Positions 1 to 13,395 of a stretch of DNA of 44,670 nucleotides are shown one piece after another; positions within the stretch are counted from its first letter, which is position 1; each line of letters opens with the position of its first letter. A program made the position numbers and the translations under genes. Under the pieces are notes generated by a model, which was not told the origin of the DNA, searched no databases, and was given only the letters and a program-made list of their open reading frames with translations. The DNA is taken from the NCBI RefSeq assembly GCF_001194135.2, contig NC_068983.1, positions 90,536,308-90,580,977 on the forward strand, read 5' to 3'. Source of the DNA: Octopus bimaculoides (taxonomy: Eukaryota).

Positions 1-1124
1 GGTGCGCTGAAAGTGTAGCTGCTAGAATAAGAATAGCCTGGGCAAAGTTCAGAGAACTCTTACCCCTGCTGGTGACAAAGGGTCTCTCTCTCAGAGTAAA
101 AGGCAGACTGTATGACGCATGTGTACGAACAGCCATGCTTCATGGCAGTGAAACATGGGCTGTGACTGTTGAAGACATGCGTAGGCTTGCAAGGAATGAA
201 GTCAATATGCTCCGATGGATGTGTAGTGTCAGTGTGCATACTAGACAGAGTGTAAGTACCTTGAGAGAAAAGTTGAACCTAAGATGCATCAGTTGTGGTG
301 TGCAAGAGAGACGATTGCGCTGGTATGGTCATGTGGTGAGAATGGATGAGGATAGCTGTGTGAAAAAGTGCCACACCCTAGCATTTGAGGGAACCCATGG
401 AAGAGGTAGGCCGAGGAAGACCTGGGATGAGGTGGTGAGACACGACCATCAAACATTGGGCCTCACCGAGGCAATGACTTCCGACCGAGACCTTTGGAAA
501 TATGCTGTGCGTGAGAAGACCCGGCAAGCCAAGTGAGACCTAAATCCAAGGCCTCTGCCAGGGCTGTAACCAGCCCACTTATGCATACCTTTCCTTCATT
601 GGACACTAAACTCCGCTTGCAAAGACCTGTTGAGGCAAGTGAAATGGAAATCGAACTAAACTCGATGACTGGCACCCATGCCAATGTCGTCTCCTTCATT
701 GGACACGAAACTCAGCTTGTGAAGACCTGTTGGGGCAAGCGAAAGTGAAATCGTGATGGCACCTGTGCCCAGCATCTCCTTCCTGGCACTTGTGCTGGTG
801 GCACGTGTAAAGACATCCAAGCGAGAACGTTGCCAGTGCCGCTGGACTGGTTCCTGTGCAGGTGGCACGTAAAATACACCATTTTGAGCATGGCCATTGC
901 CAGTACCGCCTGACTGGCCTTCATGCCGGTGGCACATAAAAGCACCCACTACACTCTCAGAGTGGTTGGCGTTAGGAAGGGCATCCAGCTGTAGAAACTC
1001 TGCCAAATCAGATTGGAGCCTGGTGTAGCCATCTGGTTCACCAGTCCTCAGTCAAATCGTCCAACCCATGCTAGCATGGAAAGCGGACATTAAACGATGA
1101 TGATGACGATGATGACGATGATGA

Positions 1125-1156
<32 letters not shown>
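1..1156 (+). mobile_element. RTE-clade LINE, 3' end (RT C-terminus, 3' UTR, (GAT)n/(AT)n tail); 5' part lies upstream of the window
   Basis: Frame is open from 3 to 536 (CAESVAARIRIAWAKFRELLPLL...YDACVRTAMLHGSETWAVT...RRLRWYGHVVRM...GRGRPRKTWDEVV), typical of the RTE RT C-terminus. The UTR has internal imperfect repeats (cttcattggacac...aagacctgttg at ~595 and ~694) and ends in GAT then AT microsatellite at ~1095-1156. Confidence 0.9.
3..536 (+). CDS. C-terminal part of RTE ORF2 (reverse transcriptase), no stops or frameshifts in the window
   Basis: ORF track 72..536 extends in frame back to position 3; LHGSETW and RWYGHV motifs. Confidence 0.88.
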   Translation, partial: CAESVAARIRIAWAKFRELLPLLVTKGLSLRVKGRLYDACVRTAMLHGSETWAVTVEDMRRLARNEVNMLRWMCSVSVHTRQSVSTLREKLNLRCISCGVQERRLRWYGHVVRMDEDSCVKKCHTLAFEGTHGRGRPRKTWDEVVRHDHQTLGLTEAMTSDRDLWKYAVREKTRQAK

Positions 1157-1159
<3 letters not shown>

Positions 1160-1161
<2 letters not shown>

Positions 1162-2438
1162 AATCAATATATTTATAATAGTCAATTCGTGTTGCCTACA
1201 TACATTTTGGTTTATTACTTAAATCCATATTTATGCAATTAAACGGCATTATGAATTTGTAAAAGCAAAACCTTCGGAATTTGGGAGGGGTCTATACAGG
1301 GATGACACACTTTTTACCCTGCATAAGAAATATAGGAGATAAGAAATATATAAAAAGAGATTTTATAAATTTTTCAAAAATTTAGGGCTATCCATCACTA
1401 TCAAAAATGAGCATAACTCTGTCAACTTCTTGACATTAGCCTAGATCTAGAAACAGGTAACTATGAATCCTACCATAAACCGAATACTAATCTAAGGTAT
1501 ATTAACACAAATAGTAACCATCCAAGAAATATTACACATAAATTAATTGAAAATATTCCAAAAGAATATCAAATCTATCGGCAAATGGGGAAATTTTTAA
1601 ACAAACTGTGGATTATTATAACATTGCACAAGGTAAAACCGGATATAAGCAAAAATTAAAATTCTACAGACCAAGCTTAAATTCTGATAATAGTAACAAT
1701 ACGCAAAACAAGATTCCCAATAATGATATTAACATGGAAATAAATGAATATAAAGATAAAATATTTACAGATAGAATAGGGAATAAATTAGATAAGAATA
1801 ATATAAGTAAAAACATCAGGAAACAGTTTAAATAAACCAAACACATATAACAGGGATAGAAACAGTAAAGAACTAATAAAAATCAATGGTAAGATAGAAA
1901 GTTAGCCAAAAACAAAACACTACAATAAGAGTAATTATAATTATATAAATACAAACCAAAATGGGACAATAAGCAACAAAAAGGTAGGAATTGAGAAGCT
2001 AAGCAGTAATGTTCCTAACAATTCTGTAAAAAATTACATCCCATGTATAAATGAAATTAACTGCCTTAAAAATTATTCTGGAGATAATACCTTTTGAAAA
2101 GCAAATTAGAACTAATATAGTGAAATTATTTTATAAAGTTGTCTCTAAACATTTTTCTGAGAAAAATAATACCATATAATTATAAACTCACACAAATTTA
2201 GAGCTGGCTTTTGCACTTCAAGGAACATAGCACAAATTATAACTACACAAAATAATAAAAGATTAAATGATTTCTATAAAAATAGGGGTAAAGAGAATAA
2301 AAATGAATTATTAAATGATCAAAATGACGAAAAATTTAATGATAGTATACACAATTGTTATATCCTTATGGATAAACGAATACACTGCAACAGTGTAATA
2401 ACAATATAATCAAAACAAATGGCAGTAACCACACATAA
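1160..2438 (+). mobile_element. Penelope-like element, degenerate RT C-terminal half and linker (left part of a split element)
   Basis: GLYRDD catalytic motif at 1289-1306. Then VNFL...YHKPNTNLRYINTNSNHP, YNIAQGKTGYKQKLKF, and FCTSRNIAQIITTQNNKRL near 2210-2260. Stops and frameshifts are present. Confidence 0.8.
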
Positions 2439-2630
2439 TGTAACAACAATCTTTTAAGAACCAACAATCCAACATGCTAACTCGAACTGTAAACTTTGAA
2501 CTCCAACTTTAAACTATCAACACATGAACTGTGGAACTAACACAAACTATCTCACTTACTGAGACCGCTACTATTTGTATGTAGTGGTCCAGTCCATTCT
2601 TGGCAGGGGATATCGTACTCTCACACAACA
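2439..2630 (-). repeat. 3' LTR of the Mag-like gypsy element
   Basis: Starts TGTAAC and ends CAACA. It is directly followed by tctctcctttt (2631-2641), which is the polypurine tract AAAAGGAGAGA on the minus strand. About 90 bp are shared with 9309-9398. Confidence 0.75.
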
Positions 2631-2671
2631 TCTCTCCTTTTGAGATTTTGTATTCCAAAGGAATAAAGAAA

Positions 2672-3023
2672 TTTACTCTTTTACTCTTTTACTTGTTTCA
2701 GTCATTTGACTGCGGCCATGCTGAAGCACCGCCTGTAGTTGAGCAAATCGACCCCAGGACTTATTCTTTGTAAGCCTAGTACTTATTCTATCGGTCTCTT
2801 TTGTCGAACCGCTAAGTTACAGGGATGTCAAGCGATGTTGGGGGGACAAACACACGCACACACATATATACGACAGGCTTCTTTCTACCAAATCCACTCA
2901 CAAGGCTTTGGTTGGCCCGAGGCTATAGTAGAAGGCACTTGCCCAAGGTGCCACACAGTGGGACTAAACCCAGAACCATGTGGTTGGTAAGCAAGCTACT
3001 TACCACACAGCCACTCCTGTGCC
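2672..3023 (-). mobile_element. tRNA-derived SINE, near full length
   Basis: On the minus strand: Pol III box A-like TGGCTGTGTGG (3002-3013), box B-like GGTTTAGTCCC (2960-2970) and a (GTAAAAGA)n tail at 2672-2692. Confidence 0.85.
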
Positions 3024-6000
3024 TATTTACATATTTACATATTTTTTTTAGTATCTCTTTCGCTTGGGCATTATCTCAAGGTCTGCTTTCTTTTTCTTAT
3101 GCTGGTTCAACTTTTGGTACCAGTACATTGAATATTTCACCGAATACTTCCTTGGGAATTTCTTCCATGTTCTTGTGTATGCTTCTTCCTTAGTTGGTTT
3201 ATATGTCTCTTATGTTCACCATGTGACCCTTTAATTAGATACATCATACTTCCAATTTTTCTGGTAACAGGGCCATCTTCCCAGCCTTCTTTACTGTTTC
3301 TATAGGTTTTGAAATGTACTTTATCACCTATCTCGATGTATTTCATTGGCGTTTTCATATTTCCTTTAGATCTTTTTTTCTCTCGTAATAGCTTAGCAAA
3401 AATGGATTTTATTCTTCTTGCGAACATCAACTCTGCAGGAGATTTCCCTGAATTTGTACTTGGATTGGTGGTCATTCTGTATATTCTTAAGAAATTTGCC
3501 AGTGCTTCGTATTACTTAATTCATTCCTTGCTTTTCTTAACACTCTTTTAAAGGTGTCCACAAATCTTTCTACCTGTCTGTTTGACCTCAGGTGGTAAGG
3601 TGGAGTGAAAATATGCTTTATTGTATGCCTTTTACAGAAGTTCTTGAATTCATACCCAGAGAACTGCATTTCGTTGTCTGAAACTAGCGTGTCAGTGACA
3701 CTGTATCATGCAAACAATTCATATAAAAATTTTAGAGTTCTCTTAGAGATTGGTCTATAGCACCTGCAGACCTCCAGCCACTTAGTACACCTACCTACTA
3801 CGATTAGGTAATAAGCACCATTTACTGGTTCGGCATAGTCAATGTGTAACCTAGACCATGGGTTCTCTGTCTCTGGCCATGATTGATATTTTACCAGTGG
3901 GGCTTTAGTTGCGAGCGCGCAACTTCAGCATGTTCTCACCAAGTTTTTGATATCTCAGTCCATAGATAGTCAATAGACATAATTTCAGAGCCTTCATCCT
4001 TGCCATTCCTGGATGACCGCTATGCAATTGTTGCAATACACCTTTTTGTACTGAAGTTGGAACCACCACTCTTTGGGCATACATCAAAATATCATCGCAA
4101 ATTGAAAAACTACTGGCATCTAAATTTTTATTGTTTATTTTTTTAAAGCTTCTTTTATTTTTGTAACACACTCAGCACCTACAGCTTTCATTCTTATATC
4201 CTGTGCTGCCACTGGTAGTTCTTGGATAACATTCATCATAACACTTTTAATTTTACTTTCTGCCTGCAGTGCGGCTGTAACAGTCTCTTGTAGTGGTTCC
4301 ATATTTTTTGGAATTAATCTCAAAAGGCAGTTTGCATGACCGATTTTTTTCAATGGAATGTATTGCTTTTGAAATTATGATTTAGTAATATTACACCCCA
4401 ACATTGCAGGTGGTTCACAGTATGAGTTGGCAACCTTTTTTTAGACCCATAAATCGACAGCAAAGGTCTATGGTTTGTTTACAATAAAAAACTTCTGCCA
4501 TGCAGAAACTTGTGAAATTTTTTAACTGCAATAATGATTGCTAGGGCCTCGTTTTCAATTTGACTATATCTCTTCTCTGCTGCTATTAGTGAGCGCAAAA
4601 CATGAACCACTGGTTTTGTATTTCCATTTTCATATTTATGAAGTAGAACTGCACCTAATCCATGCTTGGAAGCATCAGACACTACAATGATGTCCATTTC
4701 AGGATCGTAATGCGCTAAAGACAGGTCTGAGATTATAATTTTTTTTATTTCTTCAAAAGTATTCTGGCATTTAGTGGACCAATTCCACTTTACTCCTTTT
4801 TTTTAATAAGTCGTTCAATGGAGCTCTTAACTTGTGCGTATTAGGAATGTAATTTTGGTAGTAGTTTTGCCCTCAATGAGTCAGGACATCTACCACTTTT
4901 ACCAATTATTTGCCCTAAGTACTTAATTTGGGGTAGAGAAAATTTGCATTTTTCTTCACTCAAAGTGAACCCAAAAACTTTAATTTTCTCAAACACAGCC
5001 TTTATGTGTTCCACATGCTGTTCATGAGAATTACTCTTGGTCAAAATATCGTCCAAGTACGGGATTGCAAATTCACAATTAGCTAACAAAGTATCCATGA
5101 TTTGCTGGAATATTGCTGATGCCATTTTTAATCCAAAAGGTAATCGTGTGTATCTGTACAATTCTCTGTGTGTATTTATTGTTAAATACTTTGAGCATTT
5201 TTCATTTACCTTTATCTGTAAATAGGCTTCAGACAGATCTAATTTGGAAAAAAATTTTCCACCATTTAACTTTGAAAAAGTCTCCTCTGCTGTCAGGAGT
5301 GGATGGTGGTATGTTTTTAAGCAGTTGTTCAGTCCTGTAGAGAAATTGGCACACAACCTAATCTTATTGTTTTTTTTTTTAATACATACCATGAGTGCTG
5401 CCCACTTCAAGTAATCCACCTTTTTGATGACTTCACTCTTTTTAAGTCTGTCCAACTCTTCATCTACGGTTTCAATTGCCATAAATAGTACTTTTCTGTT
5501 TGCTTTAAATACAGGTACAACATTTTCACTTACTTGGAAATAGACTTCCATTTTTTACATAGACCTAACTCCTCTGATAATACTTGCAGGAACATTTTTT
5601 ACAATTTTTCCTTCAGTTCTTCCAAAGGCTTGTTTTTAATGGGACAACCATTTGTGCTATTGCAGTAAAGATTTATGGGGAAGTGCTATAAATTGAATAG
5701 TTCTAACCAATCTGTGCCAAACAGATTGACTGTATTATCCACAATGAATAATTTTGCTTCACATGTCCCTCCTCGAAATGTGACATTGATACATCTTTTG
5801 CCCATGAAATGTAAATTATCGCCCATTACACCATGCACTATTTTCGCTGTTTTATGTAATTTTGGTTTACAAGTTTTTTCCAAGTATCTGCATTTATAAT
5901 CGAGATATCACTACCTGTGTCTAACTGTAATTTGGTATTCACATCATTTATTTTTATGTGCACGAATTTTCTTGTTTTTCCATCACAATCACTCTCTGCT

Positions 6001-6589
6001 CAAAACACCTTAGAACTTTTTGTTTGAGCCTCGTAGTCTTGTTCTGCAATGAGAACTCCTGTGTCCCAGTTTCTGACAGCTATAGCACTTTTTGTTTTTA
6101 AATGGATGATCCTTTTTGTAGTGTAGCCCTCCACAACTACAAACAGCGTGGATTGGGGCCTGACACTTTTTTTTTATTGTGCTTCCCAGGATGACAAATT
6201 TGAATTTTTGCAGAGTCTTTATTTTGTATTTTTTCACATCTTGTTTAAGATTTACCATAGTTTGACATTCTTCTGCAATGGTCTGCAGAGATAAATCCTG
6301 GTTTGTTTGCTCCATTTTCAAGAGAACCCTTGCCCAAATTTCTCTATCTTCAGGTGCTATAAGCCTTTGCATAAAGGTAAGTGATTTGAACATATCCTGA
6401 GTGAGATCCTGGAGTTTGAAATTTTCACACATATGGTTGACTATTCCAGTGTAGGTGATAAAATCATCCTTCTCATGTTTTGTTAAGTTCCAACACTCCA
6501 TTCTGGTGTTAAATAATAAACTTCTATCACAAAAAAGTTTTGAAAGCAGTTCCACTGTTTCTTGGAAACCAATCTCTCAACTTTTTGGG

Positions 6590-9300
6590 CAAAAATAAAG
6601 TTACAGTAATGCTTATGTTTGGCAGGAGCTATCTGTACTCTCTCCAGATGTGACAGTACCCATTCAGTAGAAATCCACAGGTCCGAGAGACTTGGACACT
6701 GTACTATTGCATGCAGAACAATTTTGTTGCTCTGCCTGCAACATGGGCATGTAGGCGAAACTGTGAGGCCATGCCTCGCTAGTTTATCCTGAACTGGCTA
6801 GGCACTTTGGAAGCACAGCCAAATCAGGGACCTCTGGAAGTTGTCCATAGGTCCCAGGTCGAAAGTCCTTCGATGCAGTTTGGCAAGCTGACTTTCATCG
6901 AAACCCAGTGTCTCCTCCAGGCCATCATCAAACTTGCCCTCTACCAGCCCTCTATAGTATGCTGTGGTGGTACCCCCTCCACCGGCATTGCTCATTCGGG
7001 AGAAGCACGAGAGCCTGTCGACACTCTGCTTGTTAAGCTCCCAGCCTTGGTCTGCACCTGATCCAGCATTCCAGTTCATCAAAAGAGGTGAACCTGAGAA
7101 ATATCTCATCAATGAATGGAGACCACACCCACTCACCATCCAGGTAGAGCCAGAGATGCCTCACACATGTTTGCACATCTTTAGCCACAGCATCCTTAAC
7201 CCACCCTTTAGTGGCTGTTGGCAGCAGATAGAGCACTTTACAAGAGGCCACCTGCCCTCCCACAAGAAGTGTTCCAACTTGTTTAGCCACGAATCGGGGT
7301 ATGGCACGACGGTTAGGCAGTAGGTAATGACAGATGCGATAAACACATTTGCCACTTCTACCCTCCCTTTCAGGGATAGCCTCTGCCCAAACCAGGGCTG
7401 AGTTATGGACACCACCCTGCTTATAACCTTGCTCCAATTCTTCTCTATTTGGAGGTCTGGACTAAACTAGACTCCAAACATTTTCACCAGACTGTCTGTC
7501 CAGCGTACAATAATGCTATTGGACAGCATTGACTTGCCTCTTCAGGAGCCGAGCTGCAAGCTGACCAACTTATCTTGGTTAATTCTTGCTCCTGCCACCG
7601 CTTTGTAATCCTTTAGGGCCTCACCTACCCTCTGTAGGTCCTGGTCCCTGGATATGATGACAGTGACATCGTCCACATATGCTGAGACTGACTTTCCATA
7701 CCCTAGATCTTGTGGGTCTCCACTTGTCACCTACAATCTTCATAGTAGTGGCTTGAGCGCCAATACAGACAGCAGGGGCTAGAGTGGACAACCTTGAAGA
7801 ACCAAATGTTTGATATTGAATGGCTCTGAAAAAAACTGTTCACCTGAACTACTGACTTGATGTTGCTATATAAAGCATTGATCCAACCTTGGAATGTCAG
7901 GCCAAAACCGCTCACCTCAAGGACCACCACCAGATATAAATGGTCTACCTTATCAAAGGTTTTGGATTGGTCTAAATGGGCCAACGCCCCACCTTGCCAG
8001 GAATCCTATTTACCCTTTCTAAGGTATAGCATATAAAGTGGAGATTATCATGTATGGTCCTACCAAGGATGGCACAAGTTTGCACTTCCCCAATGATACC
8101 ATCGATGACTTTTGCCAACCTTTTTGCTAAAACCTTGGGCAGAATCTTCAACTCTGCGTTAAGCAGAGTGATGGGCCTAAAGTTGTTAGTTACGTCCTTC
8201 TTGTTTGGATCCTTTCTGATCAGTACCACTATTCCCTGGCTTACAGATGCAGGAATACTCCCATTCTGCTGCTGGTTATTAAAGGTACAGGCCAGCAGGT
8301 GCCCAAAGAAGTTTGGCATAGTATAGTACAATTCATAAAAGAGACCATCGTGACCCAATGACCTGTCTCCAGCACACTCCGACAATGCCTCCTCCACTTC
8401 TGCAGCTGTGATTGACCCTTCACAGCACTACACCTCCCTCCCCAAGAGGCGTGGTAGACTGGTGAGGAAGTCCGTGAGGTCCTCCCTATGCTCTGGTCCA
8501 TCACCCCACCCCCACCCGAAACAGTCCAGCGAAATGCTCATGTACGGCTGTACACATTTCCTCAGGTTTGGTTACCATTTGCCCCTGTTGGTTCATCAAA
8601 GACCTTATTGTGGCATTATTGCCATGCTGAGACTCTACCACATGAGCCCATCTGGCGGAGTTAATACCATGTTGGCCCATTGCGCATATCTTCACTCTGA
8701 CTCTACAACCCTTATGTTTAGCCTCAAGGTGATGGCTGAGCGCCATTCTCACAGTCAGCACTTGAGAAGCAGAGCCAGATCTCATTGCCTTCTCCAATGC
8801 GTTTACTAAGTGTCTTTCTACACTATTTCTATTCTCAGTTAACTCTCTACTAATCAACTCTTTTTCTATGGCTCTTTTGAGGGCATACCAACATTCGTTG
8901 TTAATAATGGTCCCTGTCAATGCCCTTATCACTAACTGTCTAATCCAACTCATGTAGGCATCACAGGTCAGTAGCAACTTACTTATCTTCCAGTAGCTGG
9001 ATCCCTGTCTAGTCGTACTACCTACATCCAGCTTATAGGTCATCAGTTTGTGATCACTGTAGCTGACAATGGTTAATTGTGGACACCTAGCTATATTCTT
9101 GTCCTTAATCCTTATTATTATTCTATCTAGGTAAGATCTAGATGACCCATCATTTCTTGACCATATCCAATGTGGAACATGCAGGTGATCTAGTCTGTAT
9201 CAATCTGCCAGCTGGAAACATCTGAGCAGATCGTTGAGGCAACAGCTTACCTTCCTAAAACGATTTGAGCCAGCATAATCTACGCATGCATTGCAGATTG
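6590..9300 (-). mobile_element. Tx1/L1-clade LINE, 5'-truncated, degenerate ORF2
   Basis: APE C-terminus SYLDRI...SDH (~9040-9140), FRPITLLNAELKIL, DQSKTFDKVDH, QGCPLSPLL, SAYVDD (7542-7730), GGLRMLWL, and a zf-RVT-like end (CPCC...LHAIVQCP) at ~6690-6760. Confidence 0.88.
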
Positions 9301-9308
9301 CATTGAAG

Positions 9309-9401
9309 CACAAACTACCTCACTTACTCAGACCATTACTACTTATATGTAGTGGTCCAGTCCATTCTTGCCAGTGGGCGTCATACTCATGCACAACAAC
9401 A
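9309..9401 (-). repeat. Truncated 5' LTR of the Mag-like gypsy element
   Basis: cacaaactacctcacttactcagacc...tatgtagtggtccagtccattcttg...cacaaca matches 2541-2630. The left part was lost at the Tx1 junction. Confidence 0.7.
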
Positions 9402-10120
9402 ATAAACGAAGGAAGGGAAGTAACTCTTATAGATTGCTCACTAGAATCTAAAAATAAAACATGCAATCTGAAAAGGGAAGAAATAATAAGCATGATACTA
9501 ATAACAAAAATAATAATAGAGACACAAATACTAATAATACAAATATAAATGCTGGTATTTATAATAGCAGCAATGACCATAAAAGAGAAAACAATATAAA
9601 CATTAAGATAGATAAAGAAAGCAATAACGAAGCGGATAGGTTAATAGTTAAGACTCCTAACATAGTAAATAAGTATAATGAGAATAACTTGGAAGACATA
9701 ATATACAAGTACAGTATATTTGGTAAGGAAACAAGGAATGCTCCTAAAAATAAAACCTGTGATTGTGCCAATCGATGCCCATTAAGTAATTTTTGTAGGG
9801 AAAAAAAGTGTTATCTATGGGTGTAGGGTAACACCTGAGTGACAGGATTACTACTATATAGGTTCTACAGAAAATTATATAAAAAGAATAGTGAACCATG
9901 AAAACACCTTTAGGGACAGGCGACAAGAAGCAAGCACTAGTCTTAGTAAACTAATTTGGATGATTAAGGATAAAAATAGGGAATATACACTTAGGTGGGA
10001 AATAATTAGCTAGGCAAAATCTTATAGCATTTGGGAACAAAAGATGTGAACTCTGTCTAAAGGAAATTTATCAAATTCTTACATCAAAACACAAATTGAT
10101 AAACAACAAGACGGAAAGAG
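9402..10120 (+). mobile_element. Penelope-like element, Asn-rich linker and GIY-YIG endonuclease (right part of the split element)
   Basis: CDCANRCPLSNFC, then VIYGCRV, YIGSTENYIKRIVNH, SLSKLIWMIK and YTLRWEII at ~9760-10010, with frameshifts. Confidence 0.82.
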
Positions 10121-10228
10121 GATTTTGTTGTGTGTATGGGGTTAAATATACGTTTAATAAATTTAAATAAATTGAAATGAATATAATTAAATAGACACTG
10201 TGTGAATAATACAACTATACTTAAGAAT

Positions 10229-10600
10229 AATTCTTAAAGTTAAATATACTTTCGTTGAATTTAAATAGTTTTTAGTTAAGTATTAAACACAGTGTTTATG
10301 ATACCTAGGAATCATGCTTCTACACCATTAATTAAATAGATGAATAATGTAGGAACCCAAACTATCGACTAGTATATTTAAATAAATTATGCTAATAATA
10401 AGAAGAGAAGGGGACTTTGTTCAAAATTCTTAAAGTTGAATATACTTTCTTTTGTATTTAAATGATTTTAATTAAGAATAAATACTGTATATGATACATT
10501 AGAATCGTACTTCTATACTATTAATTAAATAGACAAGTATATGTAAGAACCCAAACTATCAACTAATACATCCAAATAAATAATCATATTAATAATAACT
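10229..10600. repeat. Diverged tandem duplication, period about 196 bp, 2 copies
   Basis: aattcttaaagtt.aatatactttc...attaattaaataga...gaacccaaactatc.act starts at 10229 and again at 10425. Confidence 0.7.
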
Positions 10601-12706
10601 AATATAAGTTCTTACAATAAGAATAAACAAATAAGTAAAAGTAACAAGTAAGTACATACCTAGATTTATTCTTTTTTACTAAGAATAAGAATGTAGAAGT
10701 ATATATTATGAACAAGATGGATAGTACAAATGATAAAGGCAGGTTTATAAGCCTACATAGTTAATGAAGAATGTGCTTATAGACATACTGAACAGAGATG
10801 AAAATAATAGCTAGCCTGTAAAAGGCTGTTTTGCACTTCCCAAAAGGGTGAATAGTAACATGACCTAGTTCTTCTGAACTATGCCTATCCCTTGTCTATT
10901 TTAAAAACAGAATCCAAGACACACATGCTACAATTCAATTGGAATGAACTCTTCATCTGTTAGGATGTGAATTAAAATTCAAGTTGATTTCTGCTCTGAT
11001 GAAAGTTTTATCTTTTTCAAATTCATAATGCAATTTAATTGCATAAATATGGATTTAAGCAATAAACTGAAACATGCGCAGACAACATGAATTGACTATT
11101 ATAAAAAGTATATTGGTTATTCTGTGTATGCATTCTCCATTTTCTTTGTATTATTAAATTTTTTTTACCTATATTGAAAAGATGGAAACATTTATAGTAA
11201 CAACTGGAATTTCAAAAGTTTAAGGTATTAATATCGAAGAAGAACCAATGATAAACAAATGTACATATGCACACTGGAATTTACAGTATCATTAATTGAT
11301 ATAGAGCTAAACTGGTGTACACTTGGATAAATATCCCTAGGAATGAACAAGCTTTTTCCACACAGACCTTGTATTTCGTATTTCATGTTGTTTACATTCT
11401 GTGACGTCCTGTGCCTACATATGCATATGTATATACATATATATATATATAAGTATGTACATATATGTATGTATATATGCATATATATATTATTTAATTT
11501 ATTATATGATTGAACGCCACGCATCTATTTCCAAGTAAGTTTTATCTTAATAATTTTGATGCGACACTTATTCTAGTCTATTCTATTTTATTCTATTACT
11601 CTTTCATTTCCTCTCTCTTCCTTTCTCTAATTCTTTTTATCTCCCCTTCTCCCCCTTTTGTTTTTTCTCTCCTATCCTTTCTCTAATTCTTTTTCTCTCC
11701 CCTTTGCCGTTCTCTGTCTGTCCCTCTCTCTCTCTCTTCCTCCTTCGCTCTCTTGTTGCTCCCAAGTGACCATTGGCCAAAATAGTTACGTATAAAAAAT
11801 ACAGATATGAACAGCATGTATATTTTCATATAAACATGTATATGCAAACAACATAAACATGCATACACACAGTTCATTGCATTCTCACATGTGTTGTCGG
11901 TGTTGCATCTGTTGTTGTTGCTGCTACTGTCATCGATATTGTTGCTGTTGGAACTAGGGCTGCTGGTGTTGGCATCACTGGATTAGTGACTGCATCTCCT
12001 ACATGCCAGAACCCAACAGCTGCAGAAGGAAGCACTGCAGAAATTTTGGTCCCACCCACCTCTCCCTTAACACAATAATGCCCATAGGTAGACTATTCCC
12101 TAAATTAATAGACAAACATTTCACTAGCTCCCATAGATATGGGTCCATTTTCAACAGGCTCAACATTAGAGTCTCATTTAGCCATGCATCCAATATTAAG
12201 AGCATCCTAGTTAATGCCCTTAAGCAGTGGTATAGCTAGGGTAAACTGTGCCCGGGAAAATCACAAAGATACGCTCCCCCCATTACAAAATCCATGATAT
12301 TATATAGTACTTATTTGCTACAGGTAATTAATGTTTTAAAGCAATGTTTTAGGTACAAATACTTTACTGGGGTTCATTCAAGAATCTTAAAAGACTCACT
12401 CGAACCAGGAAGCATCCTTAACTCCAGAATGGAGATTTTCAGGCCATGTTTACATTTCAGGAAATTCCCGCTAGCCTTTTGGGGTCCACAAGATGGCAGG
12501 ACATCTGGAAGTGGATAGCCATGGCAAAGGGAGATAATCCCCTATTGTTTACCTTTGTAGCAAGGCTTTTCTGCCTCCATATTTTGAAGAGGTCTTAGGC
12601 CAACAGGTTTTGGGGGTCTGATAATACGCCATAAAGCTAAATCCTTTATGGATGGGAAACCCAGGGTAATCCCATAAACTGGCCTTCCCCACTTTTAATG
12701 TACATA

Positions 12707-12763
<57 letters not shown>

Positions 12764-13076
12764 CACAGATGGGATCCAAAGATTCTTCAGTACAGAAGAC
12801 AGTAGTATTCAAAAGATTCAAACTTAGACCCCAATGTCTTTACAAGGGATCATTCCGCACAGTAAAGAAAGGCTATGAGAGGGATCAAGTTGAGTGGGTA
12901 TAGAGGCAATTATGCAAATAAACAAATTAGACACATCAAATGTGTATATATGTATACATACAAAATGAGAGAAAGCAAAAGGTGGAAACTTTCAGGTGAT
13001 GATATTTTATGTAAAAATTTATAGATATTTATATCAATTTGTCCAACTTACACAGAGTACGAATGACAGAGAAAAT

Positions 13077-13395
13077 TAACATGAGGATGGAAAATACCAA
13101 GCTTTGATAGCAAATGACATTTGTTTCTGCACCAGACACCAGTTTTAAGTTGCTGGATTTACATTGATATAATTTATAAGATTATTCTTTAGAATTACTG
13201 TATAATTGAATATTTTTCAGCAACAGCTGTACGTTAGTGCATCATCAGATAGAGTGCAATCAAGCATTGTGAGATTTTTCTGAATTTCCTCAGATATATG
13301 ATGTTCACTACTCTCCACTAATCATTTTATTAGATTCCAGGTAATACATGTTGCAGTGACACATGAACAAATAGAAAAGTAATATCATAATAATA
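13077..13395. repeat. About 300-bp unclassified repeat, inverted copy of 24731-25019
   Basis: The reverse complement shares long blocks such as cagcaacttaaaactggtgtctggtgcagaaacaaatgt and gtagtgaacatcatatatctgaggaaattcaga. Confidence 0.8.

Larger units (their letters stand above)
2439..9401 (-). mobile_element. Ty3/gypsy LTR retrotransposon (Mag / K02A2.6-like), degenerate, interrupted by a SINE and a Tx1-like LINE
   Basis: Minus-strand order is gag with two zinc knuckles (CSCGGLH, CYSCQKLGHRSSHC; 6010-6555), protease LDTGS (~5900-5930), RT LDLSEAY / LPFG / YLDD (4841-5551), RNase H DAS and YSQIENEALA (4479-4697), integrase HSGHPG...ERFVDTFK (3137-4171). LTR-like repeats lie at 2439-2630 and 9309-9401. 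Confidence 0.9.

Noticed and set aside
11874-12850. Short ORFs as a host gene or a named transposon
   Set aside because: Fragmented, partly triplet-repeat derived, with no motif I can identify confidently.
13195-13250. Minus-strand CTGATGA...GAAA as a hammerhead ribozyme
   Set aside because: Stem II closes on a T-T mismatch, there is no stem III or NUH site, and it lies within an indel of the dispersed repeat.
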